Origin: an uncultured Actinomycetes bacterium
GTDB taxonomy: Bacteria > Actinomycetota > Thermoleophilia > Gaiellales > Gaiellaceae
Direction: 5' to 3'
DNA: 64,000 bases
Assembly: GCA_963821335.1 (NCBI GenBank)
Contig: CAWGDJ010000002.1
Location: 517,442 to 581,441, forward strand
The position numbers and the translations under genes are program-made. The first letter of the stretch is position 1, and the number at the start of each line of letters is the position of its first letter. The notes beneath the pieces are model-generated. The model worked only from the letters and a program-made list of their open reading frames with translations. It was not told the origin of the DNA and did no database searches. Of this stretch, positions 47,453 through 57,171 are shown in pieces.

Positions 47453-48400
47453 GTGGGCCGTCTTGACCTCCATGCACACGTCGTCCCCGACGCGTACGTC
47501 GAGCTTCTTCGTCTGCCCGACGGCCGACCGTTTCCCATGCCGCCGGCACCTCGTGACGCGCTCCTCGAGACGATGGAGCGCTATGCGATCGACGCCGCCG
47601 TGATCTCGACCGGCCCACCCGGTGCATTCCTCGGCGACCGCGCGCAGGGGCTCGAGCTCGCACGCGCCGCCAACGAAGGGCTTGCCAACGTCGTGCGCGC
47701 CGACCCGGCACGCTTCGCAGCGCTCGCGCTCCTCCCCTTGCCGGATGTCGATGCCGCGCTCGCGGAGCTTGCGTTCGCGCTCGACACGCTCGGGCTCGAT
47801 GGCGTTCTCCTGCTCACGAACGTCGGCGGCACGTACGTCGGGGACCCCGCGTGGGAGCCGCTCTTCGCCGAGCTCGACCGTCGCGGCGCGTACGTGTTCC
47901 TCCATCCGAGCTTCCCGCCGCATGCGCTGCCGTTGCCGCAGCATCCCGTGTGGCTGTACGAGTTCCCGTTCGAGACGACGCGCGCGGTCACGAACCTCGT
48001 CTACTCGGGGACACTCGAGCGCCATCCGAGGATCAGGCTCCAGCTCGCGCACGTCGGCGGCACCGTACCGTTCATCGCCCATCGGATTGCCTCGCTCGCC
48101 GACCGTGAGCCAGAGCTCGCCTCCGCCGCGCCGGCGGGCGCGCTCGCGTACCTGGAGCGGCTCTGGTACGACACCGGGCTCGCGAACAACGAGCCGGCGC
48201 TCGTCGGCACACGGGCCGTCGCGCCGCTCGACCGGATCGTGTTCGGCACCGACTGGCCGTACCTCGCCCTTCCGGAAGGCTCCGATCCCGCGCCGGGCCT
48301 CGCAGTGCTCTCACCGGAGGAGCGGGAGCAGATCGAGCTCGCGAACGCAGCCGCGCTGGTACCGCGGCTCACCGAAGCTCACGCGCAGGCGGACCGCTGA
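47453..48400 (+). CDS. Amidohydrolase_2 family (LigW/ACMSD-like aromatic decarboxylase or hydrolase)
   Basis: DLHAH, VFLHP, LAHVGG, FGTDWPY. Confidence 0.82.
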   Translation: MGRLDLHAHVVPDAYVELLRLPDGRPFPMPPAPRDALLETMERYAIDAAVISTGPPGAFLGDRAQGLELARAANEGLANVVRADPARFAALALLPLPDVDAALAELAFALDTLGLDGVLLLTNVGGTYVGDPAWEPLFAELDRRGAYVFLHPSFPPHALPLPQHPVWLYEFPFETTRAVTNLVYSGTLERHPRIRLQLAHVGGTVPFIAHRIASLADREPELASAAPAGALAYLERLWYDTGLANNEPALVGTRAVAPLDRIVFGTDWPYLALPEGSDPAPGLAVLSPEEREQIELANAAALVPRLTEAHAQADR

Positions 48401-49036
48401 ATGGACCTCGTCGACCCCGCCGTCGAGTCGTACGCGGTAGCCCACACCTCGCCGCCGGACGATTCTCTCGCTGCCCTGCGGGCCGAGACCGAGACCATGC
48501 CTGTGCCGCAAATGGCAGGCGGTCGGGTCGAGGTCAAGCTGCTCGAGGCGCTCGTCGTCGCGACGCGCGCCCGCCGCGTGCTCGAGATCGGGACGTTCAC
48601 GGGGGTCGGCGCGATCTCGATGGCATCTCGCCTGCCCGAGGACGGCCGGCTGATCACGCTCGAGGCGGATCCGGCGCACGCCGAGGTCGCGGCGCGGTAC
48701 ATCGCCGCCAGCCCTTACGCCGACCGGATCGAGCTCCGGCTCGGGGACGCGCGCGAGCTCGTACACGACGTCGAAGGGCCCTTCGAGGTCGTCTGGCTCG
48801 ACGCGTGGAAGCGGGACTACGTGGCGTACTACGAGGCGCTGTTGCCCAAGCTCGCGGCCCACGGCGTGCTCGCCGCGGACAACGTACTGCGCCAGGGCAC
48901 CGTTCTGGAGGCCGAGCCCGCCGAGGAGGAGGCGCGCGCGATCCAGAAGTTCAACGACCACGTCCTCGCCGACGACCGCGTCGACTCGGCCCTGCTCACA
49001 GTCGCCGACGGGGTGCTCCTCGTCTGGAGGCGTTGA
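48401..49036 (+). CDS. SAM-dependent catechol/caffeoyl-CoA-type O-methyltransferase
   Basis: VLEIGTFTG, LDAWK..Y..YYE, ADNVL, TVADG. Confidence 0.88.
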   Translation: MDLVDPAVESYAVAHTSPPDDSLAALRAETETMPVPQMAGGRVEVKLLEALVVATRARRVLEIGTFTGVGAISMASRLPEDGRLITLEADPAHAEVAARYIAASPYADRIELRLGDARELVHDVEGPFEVVWLDAWKRDYVAYYEALLPKLAAHGVLAADNVLRQGTVLEAEPAEEEARAIQKFNDHVLADDRVDSALLTVADGVLLVWRR

Positions 49037-49593
49037 GCTGGGTGTTGCTCCCTCCGGTGCGGCGGGTCGTCACCGGGCATGACCCCGCGGGTCGCTCGGT
49101 GATCACATTTGACGGAACACCGCCGGCGGTCGTCGAGCTCGCGGCCGTCCCGGGCACCGTCTTCCACGAGCTGTGGGCGACGGCGGCCAGTCCCGTGCCC
49201 GTGGACAACGGCGACGACCCGACGCTGGGGTCGCTCCAGCTCGATCCTCCGCAGGGAGGCACGCGCATTCGGGTCGTCGACATCCCACCGGACTCGGTCC
49301 AGAACGCGCTCTCGGCGGAGGAGGCGGCCGCCGCATTCGCCGAGATCGGCGCAACACATGCGCACGAGCTCGACGGCACGCACGCCCTCATGCATCGAAC
49401 CGAGACGGTCGACTACGGCATCGTCCTCATCGGAGAGGTGTGGCTCGTCGTGGACGAGGGAGAGACGCGCCTGCGGCCGGGCGACGTCGTCGTCCAGCGC
49501 GGCACGAACCACGCCTGGTCGAACCGCACCGACACGACAGCGCGGATGGCGTTCGTGCTCGTCGACGGCATCTTCGCCGACGGGCTGCGTTGA
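49033..49593 (+). CDS. Cupin-domain protein
   Basis: VRRVVTGHD, MHRTETVDYG, GDVVVQRGTNHAWSN. Confidence 0.85.
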   Translation: MSWVLLPPVRRVVTGHDPAGRSVITFDGTPPAVVELAAVPGTVFHELWATAASPVPVDNGDDPTLGSLQLDPPQGGTRIRVVDIPPDSVQNALSAEEAAAAFAEIGATHAHELDGTHALMHRTETVDYGIVLIGEVWLVVDEGETRLRPGDVVVQRGTNHAWSNRTDTTARMAFVLVDGIFADGLR

Positions 49594-49689
49594 CGGCGGG
49601 TTCGGGACCGCTTCGCGGCGAACGGTCCACGTTCACAGGCAGTGTCTCGCACCGATTGCGTCGAGAGGGAAGCTGAGCAGGTGAAGCGA

Positions 49690-49808
49690 GCCCCGTCGCG
49701 CGCGTCGAGTGCGGCCGCGAACTCGACCAGGAGATCCGAGATCTCGGCACGATCGACGAGCCACTGCAGGCGCTCCGCCCGATCGCCGGGTGGTGGCGAC
49801 GTCGTCAC
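49690..49808 (-). pseudogene. Truncated SnoaL/NTF2-family gene (first ~40 codons only)
   Basis: GTG coupled to the upstream stop. LQWLVDRAEISDLLVEFAAALDARD is a typical SnoaL_4 N-terminus, after which homology stops abruptly. Confidence 0.65.
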
Positions 49809-51517
49809 GGGTGTCTCCTCTCGACGGGAGCCGTCAACTTCCCGACCTGGGCGAAGCGCGGCAGGCTCGGATGTGGCTCGAAGCGGACGCGGACGTCGAT
49901 CACCGCGGGCAGCCCCGACGCGAAGGCACGCTCGAGCGCGGGCCCGATCTCTTCGGCCGCCGCCACCTCCTCACCATGGCAACCGAAGGCTCGCGCGATC
50001 TCCGCGTAGCGGGTCCCCGCGAGCTCGGTGCCGAGCTCGAACCCCTGGCGCCGCTGCCCGAACCCGATCACCCCCCAGGCGGCGTTGTCCATCACGGCGG
50101 TCACGACCGGGAGCCCGTGGCGTCGGGCCGTGTCGAGCTCAGCGAGCGTGAAGCCGAACGCTCCGTCACCGGTGATGTTGACGACCGGCCTTCCCGGGTG
50201 GAGCAGCTGCAGCCCAAGGGCGTAGGGCAGGCCAAAGCCGAGGTGCGCCATGCCGGGCTCGTGGAAGCGTGTGCGGGGCTCGGTGGCGGGGGTGAGGTCG
50301 TTGCTCCAGAACGTCGTGTGCCCCCCGTCGAAGGTGACGAGCGCATCCTCGGGTAGCGCCTCGCCGAGCGCTGCGGCGGCGATCCCGGGATGGAGAGCGT
50401 CATCCGGCGCTTCGTCCCGCACCAACGCCGCACGATGCTCGAGATGCAGGGTGACGAGCGAGGCGATCCACGCTTCCGTGTCGGCCGGTTGACCTTCTCC
50501 CAGCTCTGTGCGCAGCGCGACGATCACCTCGCGGGCGTCCCCGACGATCCCGACGTCGACCTGCACGAGCTTCCCGATAGCCGATGGATCCACGTCGACG
50601 TGGACGACCCGCTGGCCAGCGACCGAGTCGACGAGCGGCGTGCTGCCCTCCCACAGCCATGACGAGAACCGGCAGCCGACTGCGAGCACGACGTCGGCCT
50701 CGCGTAGCGCACGGACGACGCTCTCGCCGCCGACGATTCCCCCGTGACCGAAGAAGCGCGCGTCGGTCGTAGAGACGACGCCAAGACCCATCTGCGTCGT
50801 CGTCGCCGCTGCCCCGAGCCGGTCGACCAGTGCCCGCAGGTCGGCTGTCGCTCCGGCGTGCACGACACCGCCTCCGGAGATCACGAGAGGGCGAGTGGCC
50901 TCACGCAGAAGGCTTGCGGCTTGCCTCACGAGAGCTGGATCCGGTACCCGCGGAGGATGCACGATCCGCTCGAGCGGCACCTCGAGCTCTCCAGGGTCAA
51001 GCTCGATCTCGGCGGCGAGCACGTCGGCGGGCACCTCGAGGTGCACAGGGCCTGGACGACCGCCGAGCGCCTTGGCGATCGCCGTGCGGGCCAGCTCCGG
51101 CAGGCGACTCGCCGTGTCCGCAGTCGCGCTCCACTTCGTGACCGCGGCGAACGCCGTGCGTTCGTCGAGATCCATGAACATGCCGCGAAACGGGTATGTG
51201 AGGTGCGACGGGTTTCCGGTCGTGAGCGCGAGCACCGCCAGGTTGTTGTTGTGCGCGCTGCCCAGGCCCGAGGCGAGGTTGAGCGAGCCGGGCCCGCACT
51301 CGCCGAAGCAGACGGCCACGCGGCCGGTCGCGTGGAAGCAGGCGGTCGCCATCCAGGCCGCGGCTGCCTCGTGGCGTGTCCCCACGACCCGGAACCGTCC
51401 ATCCTCGGCGACCGCCTTGGCGAACGGCCCCAACTTGCCGGCCGGCACGCCGAACAGGTCGGTCACGCCCGCGGACGCGAGAGCGCGCGCAAGCGCCGCA
51501 CCCCCGGTCAGGCGCAC
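49805..51517 (-). CDS. ThDP-dependent acetolactate synthase-like enzyme (possible lyase or decarboxylase)
   Basis: TRHEAAAAWMA, GPG, GRPGPVHLEVP, GDGAFGFTLAELDT...DNAAWG. Confidence 0.85.
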   Translation of the reverse strand: MRLTGGAALARALASAGVTDLFGVPAGKLGPFAKAVAEDGRFRVVGTRHEAAAAWMATACFHATGRVAVCFGECGPGSLNLASGLGSAHNNNLAVLALTTGNPSHLTYPFRGMFMDLDERTAFAAVTKWSATADTASRLPELARTAIAKALGGRPGPVHLEVPADVLAAEIELDPGELEVPLERIVHPPRVPDPALVRQAASLLREATRPLVISGGGVVHAGATADLRALVDRLGAAATTTQMGLGVVSTTDARFFGHGGIVGGESVVRALREADVVLAVGCRFSSWLWEGSTPLVDSVAGQRVVHVDVDPSAIGKLVQVDVGIVGDAREVIVALRTELGEGQPADTEAWIASLVTLHLEHRAALVRDEAPDDALHPGIAAAALGEALPEDALVTFDGGHTTFWSNDLTPATEPRTRFHEPGMAHLGFGLPYALGLQLLHPGRPVVNITGDGAFGFTLAELDTARRHGLPVVTAVMDNAAWGVIGFGQRRQGFELGTELAGTRYAEIARAFGCHGEEVAAAEEIGPALERAFASGLPAVIDVRVRFEPHPSLPRFAQVGKLTAPVERRHP

Positions 51518-51521
51518 GCGG

Positions 51522-52148
51522 TCACCACTTGAGCGGCAGCGGGGGATCGCCCGGCCGGGGCGGCGGGCCGCCGAGGTCGGGGAGCTCGTCCGGCCGGAAG
51601 TCGTCGGTCTCCCAGATCCGCCGGCGGATCTCGTCGAAGGACATGCCCTCGGCGTACGCCGCCGAGATCCGACCCGGGTCGACGACCGCCCCGATCGGGT
51701 TCGCCGCGAATTCGGGGGAGGTCTCCATCCACGCGCGCGAGCGCGCCCAGTCGCCGAACACGTCGCACTGGAGCTCGACGAAGTTCCAGTCGGGGTCGGC
51801 GTAGTAGTAGGAGAGGGTCATCCCGTGGTCGAGGCAGGCGGTCGGCACGACCCCGGCGTCGCGGAGGCGCCTGAAGGTCGCGTCGAGGTCGTCGAAGGAC
51901 CCGAACTCGAACGCCGTGTGGTGCAGCCGGGCGTGCAGCCGCTTGTCGTGGTCGACCTCGAGCGACGGCGGAGCGGTAAGCGCCAGGCGGTGGTTGGCCT
52001 CGTCGTTCGTCAGCCAGGCCCCGAGCGGGAAGCGGAACACGGCCTCCATCCCGAGGACGGTGCCGTACCACTCGATCATCTCGTCGAGCCTCGTCGTGAA
52101 GAGGTTCACGTGGTGCAGCCGTGCTCGGCGGATCTCGTCGGTACTCAT
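51522..52148 (-). CDS. Small VOC protein resembling single-domain extradiol dioxygenases (BphC2/C3-like)
   Basis: LHHVNL, DEANHRLA, LHHTAF, DHGMTLSYYYADPDWNFVELQ. Confidence 0.78.
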   Translation of the reverse strand: MSTDEIRRARLHHVNLFTTRLDEMIEWYGTVLGMEAVFRFPLGAWLTNDEANHRLALTAPPSLEVDHDKRLHARLHHTAFEFGSFDDLDATFRRLRDAGVVPTACLDHGMTLSYYYADPDWNFVELQCDVFGDWARSRAWMETSPEFAANPIGAVVDPGRISAAYAEGMSFDEIRRRIWETDDFRPDELPDLGGPPPRPGDPPLPLKW

Positions 52149-53695
52149 GGGCCTCCCTCGTACTCGTCGGGCGGGGTAAGTCGGCGCCGCAGCTCGTCGA
52201 CGAGCTCCCCGAGACCGTCGGGGTCGGCCGCGGCACCGAAGACGTACGCGTCAGGGCGGATCACGACGGCGCTCGCGCCGAGCTCGTCCAGCCAGGCCGT
52301 GAGCGCACCGTCGACGTCGCGCGCTCGCCCCGGGCCGTCGCCGAGCGTGACGAGCCGCGCCTCGACCTCCTCGAGGAACTGCCGGCCCGCGGCCCCGAGG
52401 GCCCTCCAGGGATCGTCGCCGCGCGCCACCACGACGAGCCCGTCGCCGACGACGTCGTCGAGCCGGCCGGCCTGTCCATCGACCTCCACCACGCCCTGGA
52501 CGGCGAGCGTCCCGGCGGCGACGGTGTCAGCGACGAGGCCCGCCACGAGATGCGGGAACGGAGGCGGCTCGACGCCGTCGCGCCGGATCGCCGCGTCGCG
52601 CGCGGCCGCGGCGTCGGGGTCGAGCTCGCAGGAGATCCGCCCCATCGCGAGCGACAGCTCGACGATCGCCCGGCTGTGGGGAAGGCGCTCGACCGTGTAC
52701 GAGTCGAGGAGCCTCGGGGACGCTAGGCCGCTGAGCACCCAGGCCAACCTCCACGCGAGCCCGTTTGCGTCCCGGAGGCCGGAGCACATCCCCTCGCCGA
52801 GGTGCGGCGGCATCAGGTGGGCGGCGTCGCCGGCGAGGAACGCGCGGCCACGCTGCATGGTGGACGCGACGGCCGACCGAAACTCGTAGACGGCGTGACG
52901 CACGATGTCCGCCTCGCCCGGCGAGACCGACGGCTCGAGCAACTCCCACGCACGCCCCACGTCCGCGAACTCCTCGGGCTGCTCACCCGGCAGCAGCATC
53001 AGCTCCCAGCGGCGATGTCGCCGGCCGCCGGGCACCACGACGTACGGCCGCCGCGGGTCGCAGTGCTGACGCGGCGCCGCGAGCGGCTCGAGCCCGTCCA
53101 GATCATGCGGCCGAACGTCGAGCACGAGCCACCGCTCGCCGAATCCGAGATCCTCGAGCTCGATCCCGAGCGTCTCGCGCACCGAGGAGCCAGCGCCGTC
53201 GGCTCCGACGACATATCGCGCCTGTACGGGCGGCGATGCGCCTCCGTCTGCGGTGCTGCGAAGGGAGAGCTCGACCCGATCGCCGTGATCGGCGAGACCG
53301 GTGACCGTCACCCCCCGGTGGACCTCCACTGTCGGCAGCTCGCGAACCGCTCGGTCGAGCGCCGCCTCGAGCAGCGGCTGGTGGAAGACGTACGAGTACG
53401 ACCAGCCGGACGGGGCGGGAGGCGAGGGCAGCGTCACGATTGGCATCCCGTCGGCCCCGAACCACTCATAGCGGTCGCACGCGAGGATGTCGTCCTCGAG
53501 CTCCGCCACGATCCCGAGCCGCTGCCAGATCCTCATCGCCTCGTGGTCGAAGCGAATCGCGCGCGGCAGCCCGAGCGGCTCCGTGTGGCGCTCGAACACC
53601 ACCACCGAAACCCCCTGCTCGCCGAGGAGCGCGGCGAGCGTCTGGCCGACGGGCCCGTAGCCGACGATTGCGACGTCGAGCAGGTCGCCGGTCAC
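52145..53695 (-). CDS. MhpA-like FAD-dependent phenol hydroxylase
   Basis: IVGYGPVG, PRAIRFDHE, VGADG, WLVLD, AGDAAHLMPPHLGEGMCSGLRD. Confidence 0.87.
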   Translation of the reverse strand: MTGDLLDVAIVGYGPVGQTLAALLGEQGVSVVVFERHTEPLGLPRAIRFDHEAMRIWQRLGIVAELEDDILACDRYEWFGADGMPIVTLPSPPAPSGWSYSYVFHQPLLEAALDRAVRELPTVEVHRGVTVTGLADHGDRVELSLRSTADGGASPPVQARYVVGADGAGSSVRETLGIELEDLGFGERWLVLDVRPHDLDGLEPLAAPRQHCDPRRPYVVVPGGRRHRRWELMLLPGEQPEEFADVGRAWELLEPSVSPGEADIVRHAVYEFRSAVASTMQRGRAFLAGDAAHLMPPHLGEGMCSGLRDANGLAWRLAWVLSGLASPRLLDSYTVERLPHSRAIVELSLAMGRISCELDPDAAAARDAAIRRDGVEPPPFPHLVAGLVADTVAAGTLAVQGVVEVDGQAGRLDDVVGDGLVVVARGDDPWRALGAAGRQFLEEVEARLVTLGDGPGRARDVDGALTAWLDELGASAVVIRPDAYVFGAAADPDGLGELVDELRRRLTPPDEYEGGP

Positions 53696-54717
53696 GCGCG
53701 CTCGCTCGCATGCCAGTGCGGCAGCGGCAGGCCGGGCACGGGCGAGCGGAAGCTCGGCAGCGTCGTCCCCATCAGGCTGCCGACGTATACCGTCCGGAGG
53801 TCAGGGCCGCCGAACGTGACGCTCGCCATCATCGGCGCGAGCGTCCCCCGTGCCGAGCCGAGGATCTCGGGCGTCATCGTGCCAGCGAAGAAATGGGCGT
53901 CCCAGACTGCCACCGTCGCCGTGTCGCCGTCGTCGAGCAGCGTCAGCAGCTCGCCGTCGGGGGTGAGCGCGATCAGCCGGTCGGCGTTGACGAGCGTGAT
54001 CCAGAGGTTCCCGGCCTGGTCGAAGGCGAAGCCGTCGGGGATCCCGCCCAGATCGTCGGGCCCGTAGACCTCCCGGTCCGCGAGTGAGCCGTCCGGAGCG
54101 GCACGGAGGCGCGAGATGCGCCGCGCGTTCGACTCGACTACGTACAGCCACTCCTCCCGCTCGTCGAAGCGGATCTCGTTCGTGCCGACGAAGCCGCCGG
54201 CGACGATGCGGATCCCGGTCTCGTCGATCAGTCCTACGTACCCGTCCGGCGCCTTCTCGTTGACCGAGCGCGTCCAGGGCTGGAGGCGCGTGGTGACCGT
54301 GAACCAGATGCGCCCTTGCGAGTCGGCAAGGACGAAGTTCGTCTTGCCGAGCGGCTCCCCGTCGAGGTGGGTGTGCAGCGTCGTCGACGCTCCATGCCGC
54401 GTCATTCGCTCGATCGCGTCGGTGCCGAAGTTCGCGATCAGGAGGTCGCCGTTCCGGTCGAAGGCGAGCCCGTTCGGCAGCGTCCCGTTCAGCGTGTACC
54501 GCTCGACCGACGAGGAGCTGGCGAAGCGCGTGTCGACCTCCTGCACGATCAGCTCCTGGGTCCCGTCCGGGTCGATCCGCACCACCCCACCCCGCGCGTC
54601 CGCGGTCCACAGCGTCCCGTCGGACTCGGCGAGGATGCACTCGGGTCGCTGGAGGTCGTGCCCGACGAACGTGATCGCGGTGCGGTCGACCTCCCAGCCG
54701 TGCAGCGGGTTCGTCAC
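53692..54717 (-). CDS. SMP-30/gluconolactonase-family beta-propeller
   Basis: LQRPEC, PNGLAF, NEIRF, PDGFAFDQAGNLW, FGGPDLRTVY. Confidence 0.85.
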   Translation of the reverse strand: MTNPLHGWEVDRTAITFVGHDLQRPECILAESDGTLWTADARGGVVRIDPDGTQELIVQEVDTRFASSSSVERYTLNGTLPNGLAFDRNGDLLIANFGTDAIERMTRHGASTTLHTHLDGEPLGKTNFVLADSQGRIWFTVTTRLQPWTRSVNEKAPDGYVGLIDETGIRIVAGGFVGTNEIRFDEREEWLYVVESNARRISRLRAAPDGSLADREVYGPDDLGGIPDGFAFDQAGNLWITLVNADRLIALTPDGELLTLLDDGDTATVAVWDAHFFAGTMTPEILGSARGTLAPMMASVTFGGPDLRTVYVGSLMGTTLPSFRSPVPGLPLPHWHASERA

Positions 54718-55349
54718 GGGATGTGCCTGTAGCGGACGCGGTTCCCCCGGCGCTCGACGCTCAGGTCGGCGTACGGATTGAATGCCGGGTTCTCGACCAC
54801 CCGGTAGAGCACGTAGAGCTGTGGGAGGAACGCGCCCCAGTTGCCGATCTCCTCGGCGCAGTGCTTCGCCCAGACGAGCCCCTCCTCCCTGCTCTCGGGC
54901 TTGCGTCGCCCGATCGCGGACGAGCGGCCGACCACGCCGAAGTCGGTCTTCTGCCACTGGTGCACCCGGTAGCCCATCGGCTCGTCCACCTCGAGGCTCT
55001 CGGGCCCGAACCCGAGCCCCGCCGCGACGATGCAGTGCTCGTAGACGATGCGGTCCTGGATCTCGGGTGCAAGGGTCGCCGGATCCTCGAAGCGGATGTA
55101 GAGGTTCCGGAACGTCCCGTCCGACCACGTCTGGGGAGCGAGATGCACAGCCCCGACCGGATTGCCGGGGGCGACCGGTACCGCCCAGCTGAGCGGCTGA
55201 TGCTCCTGCGGGTGCCAGAGCAGGAAGCCTTTCTCCATGTTGCTCCAGAACCAGTCGATCATCTTCGGCGTGATCCCCTCGTGGTGCCAGTCGAGATGGG
55301 TGCCGAGCTCGTCCTGGGTCACCTGCAGCTCCATGGAGCCTTCGCTCAT
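54714..55349 (-). CDS. PhlG/phloretin hydrolase-like C-C hydrolase (compact form)
   Basis: GITPKMIDWFW, LWHPQEH, HCAEEIGNWGAFLPQLY, resembling DAPG-hydrolase family motifs. Confidence 0.7.
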   Translation of the reverse strand: MSEGSMELQVTQDELGTHLDWHHEGITPKMIDWFWSNMEKGFLLWHPQEHQPLSWAVPVAPGNPVGAVHLAPQTWSDGTFRNLYIRFEDPATLAPEIQDRIVYEHCIVAAGLGFGPESLEVDEPMGYRVHQWQKTDFGVVGRSSAIGRRKPESREEGLVWAKHCAEEIGNWGAFLPQLYVLYRVVENPAFNPYADLSVERRGNRVRYRHIP

Positions 55350-56161
55350 CGCTCAACACCGTGTTTCGCTGCAGGGCGGCTCGTCCAGTCGCCTGGCAGC
55401 ACCGCCGACCACCCGCCGTCGACCACGAGGTTCGCGCCGGTGACATACGCGGACTCGTCGCTCGCGAGGAAGAGCGCGCAGTTCGCGACGTCCTCGGGCC
55501 GGCCGGGGCGTCCGAGCGGGATGTGGTCAGCGATGCGCGAGATCGGGTGCTCGGGGTCGTCGAACAGGTGCTGCGTCTGCGGGGTCACGGTCATTCCGGG
55601 CGAGATCGTGTTGACGCGGATCCCGTGGCGAGCGCCCTCGGCCGCGAGCTGGCGCGTGAGGGCGATCACCGCGCCCTTCGACGCGGTGTGCGCGGTACGG
55701 TCGAGGGTCAGCGAGCCTGTGAGCCCTGCCGTCGAGCCGACGTTGATCACGCTCCCACCACCACGCGCCCGAAGATGGGGCCACGCGTGCTTGCAGGCGA
55801 GGAACACGAGGTCGAGCTCGTTGCGGATCGTGAACGACCAGTCCTCGTAGCCGACCTGCTCGAGGGGCGCGAAGCTCGTCAGCCCGGCGTTGTTGTACAG
55901 GACGTCCACACCGCCGTGCTCCTCGGCGGCGGCGTCGATCCACGAACTCACCGCGCCCTCCTCGGCGAGGTCGATGGGAGCCGACGAGGTCATCGTCCCG
56001 CCGGACGCCCGCACCCGCTCGACGGTCTCGTCGGCCCGAGCACGGTCGAGATCGCAGCCGACGACGATCGCACCTTCGCCGGCGAACAGCAATGCCGCCG
56101 CGCGGCCGATACCGCCGCCCGTGCCCGTGATGAGGGCGACCTTTCCCCCCAACCGACGCAC
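55346..56161 (-). CDS. SDR oxidoreductase (HxxxK instead of YxxxK)
   Basis: TGTGGGIG, NNAG, AHTASKG. Confidence 0.87.
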   Translation of the reverse strand: MRRLGGKVALITGTGGGIGRAAALLFAGEGAIVVGCDLDRARADETVERVRASGGTMTSSAPIDLAEEGAVSSWIDAAAEEHGGVDVLYNNAGLTSFAPLEQVGYEDWSFTIRNELDLVFLACKHAWPHLRARGGGSVINVGSTAGLTGSLTLDRTAHTASKGAVIALTRQLAAEGARHGIRVNTISPGMTVTPQTQHLFDDPEHPISRIADHIPLGRPGRPEDVANCALFLASDESAYVTGANLVVDGGWSAVLPGDWTSRPAAKHGVER

Positions 56162-56163
56162 GG

Positions 56164-57171
56164 TCAGACGCGGTCGCCGAGCCGGCGGTCGCGGCCGTAG
56201 AAGAAGACGACGACGAAGATGAGGATCCCGTAGAGGATCTGCTGGTCGGCGGAGTCGTACCCGTTGCCGATCATCAGGGTGCCGAGCACGATGAGCAGAA
56301 GGGAGCCGATCACGGTGCGCCAGTAGTCACCCCGGGCGCCGAACGCGGTGCCGCCGACGATCACGGCGGTGAGCCCCTGCCAGAGATAGTTCGTGCCGAG
56401 CGACGCGTCCGCCGCGCCCGCAAAGCCTCCGAGCAGGATCCCCGTGGACGCGGCCACCAGCGCGCTGAACGCGAACACCCCCATCCACACGAGCCGGGTG
56501 CGGACGAGTGCCATCTCCGCCGCGCGCATGTTGGCGCCGGTCGCGTACAGTCGCCGCCCCGGTGCGGTCCGCTGCAGGAAGAGGGCGATGAGGAGCGCGA
56601 GCACCGCCCACACTGCGACGAGGGGAGGGAAGTCGATCCCGAACGTCTTGCTGGCCGGCGAGGTGAGCGTCTGCAACCAGCCGGGCGGGGTTCCGGTGAT
56701 GAAGCCCTTCGCCCAGACGAGCAGCGCGCCGTTGACGATGGCGCCCATCGCGAGCGTGATGATCAGAGGGTCGATGCGCCAGCGGTGGCAGATGTACCCG
56801 ACGGCGCCCCCGCCCGCGATCGCGAGGACGGCGATGAACAGGAAGGTCGCCCCGAACGACCAGCCGCGCGATCCGTTGAGCTGCACGAGCATGATCGCCC
56901 CCATGCCGATCCAGGCCGCGATCGAGAAGTCGATCCCACCGATCAGCACGCAGAGCGTCTGCCCCGCCGTCGCGATCCCCAGTAGTGCGGCGAGCACGAG
57001 CATCGAGTAGACGCTCCGGCGGGAGGCGAACCCGTCGAGGGTCGCAGCCCCGTACGCGAACAGGAGCGCGAGGACCACGAGCTGGGCGAGCGGGTACTCC
57101 GCCTGCAGCCGCCGGAGCGTGCCGAGCACCGACACTCCCCGCCCCACGGGCTCGACCGGGGTCGCGCTCAC
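56164..57171 (-). CDS. Sugar-type (CUT2) ABC permease
   Basis: GQTLCVLIGGIDFS, GRRLYATGAN, AVIVGGT. Confidence 0.88.
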   Translation of the reverse strand: MSATPVEPVGRGVSVLGTLRRLQAEYPLAQLVVLALLFAYGAATLDGFASRRSVYSMLVLAALLGIATAGQTLCVLIGGIDFSIAAWIGMGAIMLVQLNGSRGWSFGATFLFIAVLAIAGGGAVGYICHRWRIDPLIITLAMGAIVNGALLVWAKGFITGTPPGWLQTLTSPASKTFGIDFPPLVAVWAVLALLIALFLQRTAPGRRLYATGANMRAAEMALVRTRLVWMGVFAFSALVAASTGILLGGFAGAADASLGTNYLWQGLTAVIVGGTAFGARGDYWRTVIGSLLLIVLGTLMIGNGYDSADQQILYGILIFVVVFFYGRDRRLGDRV

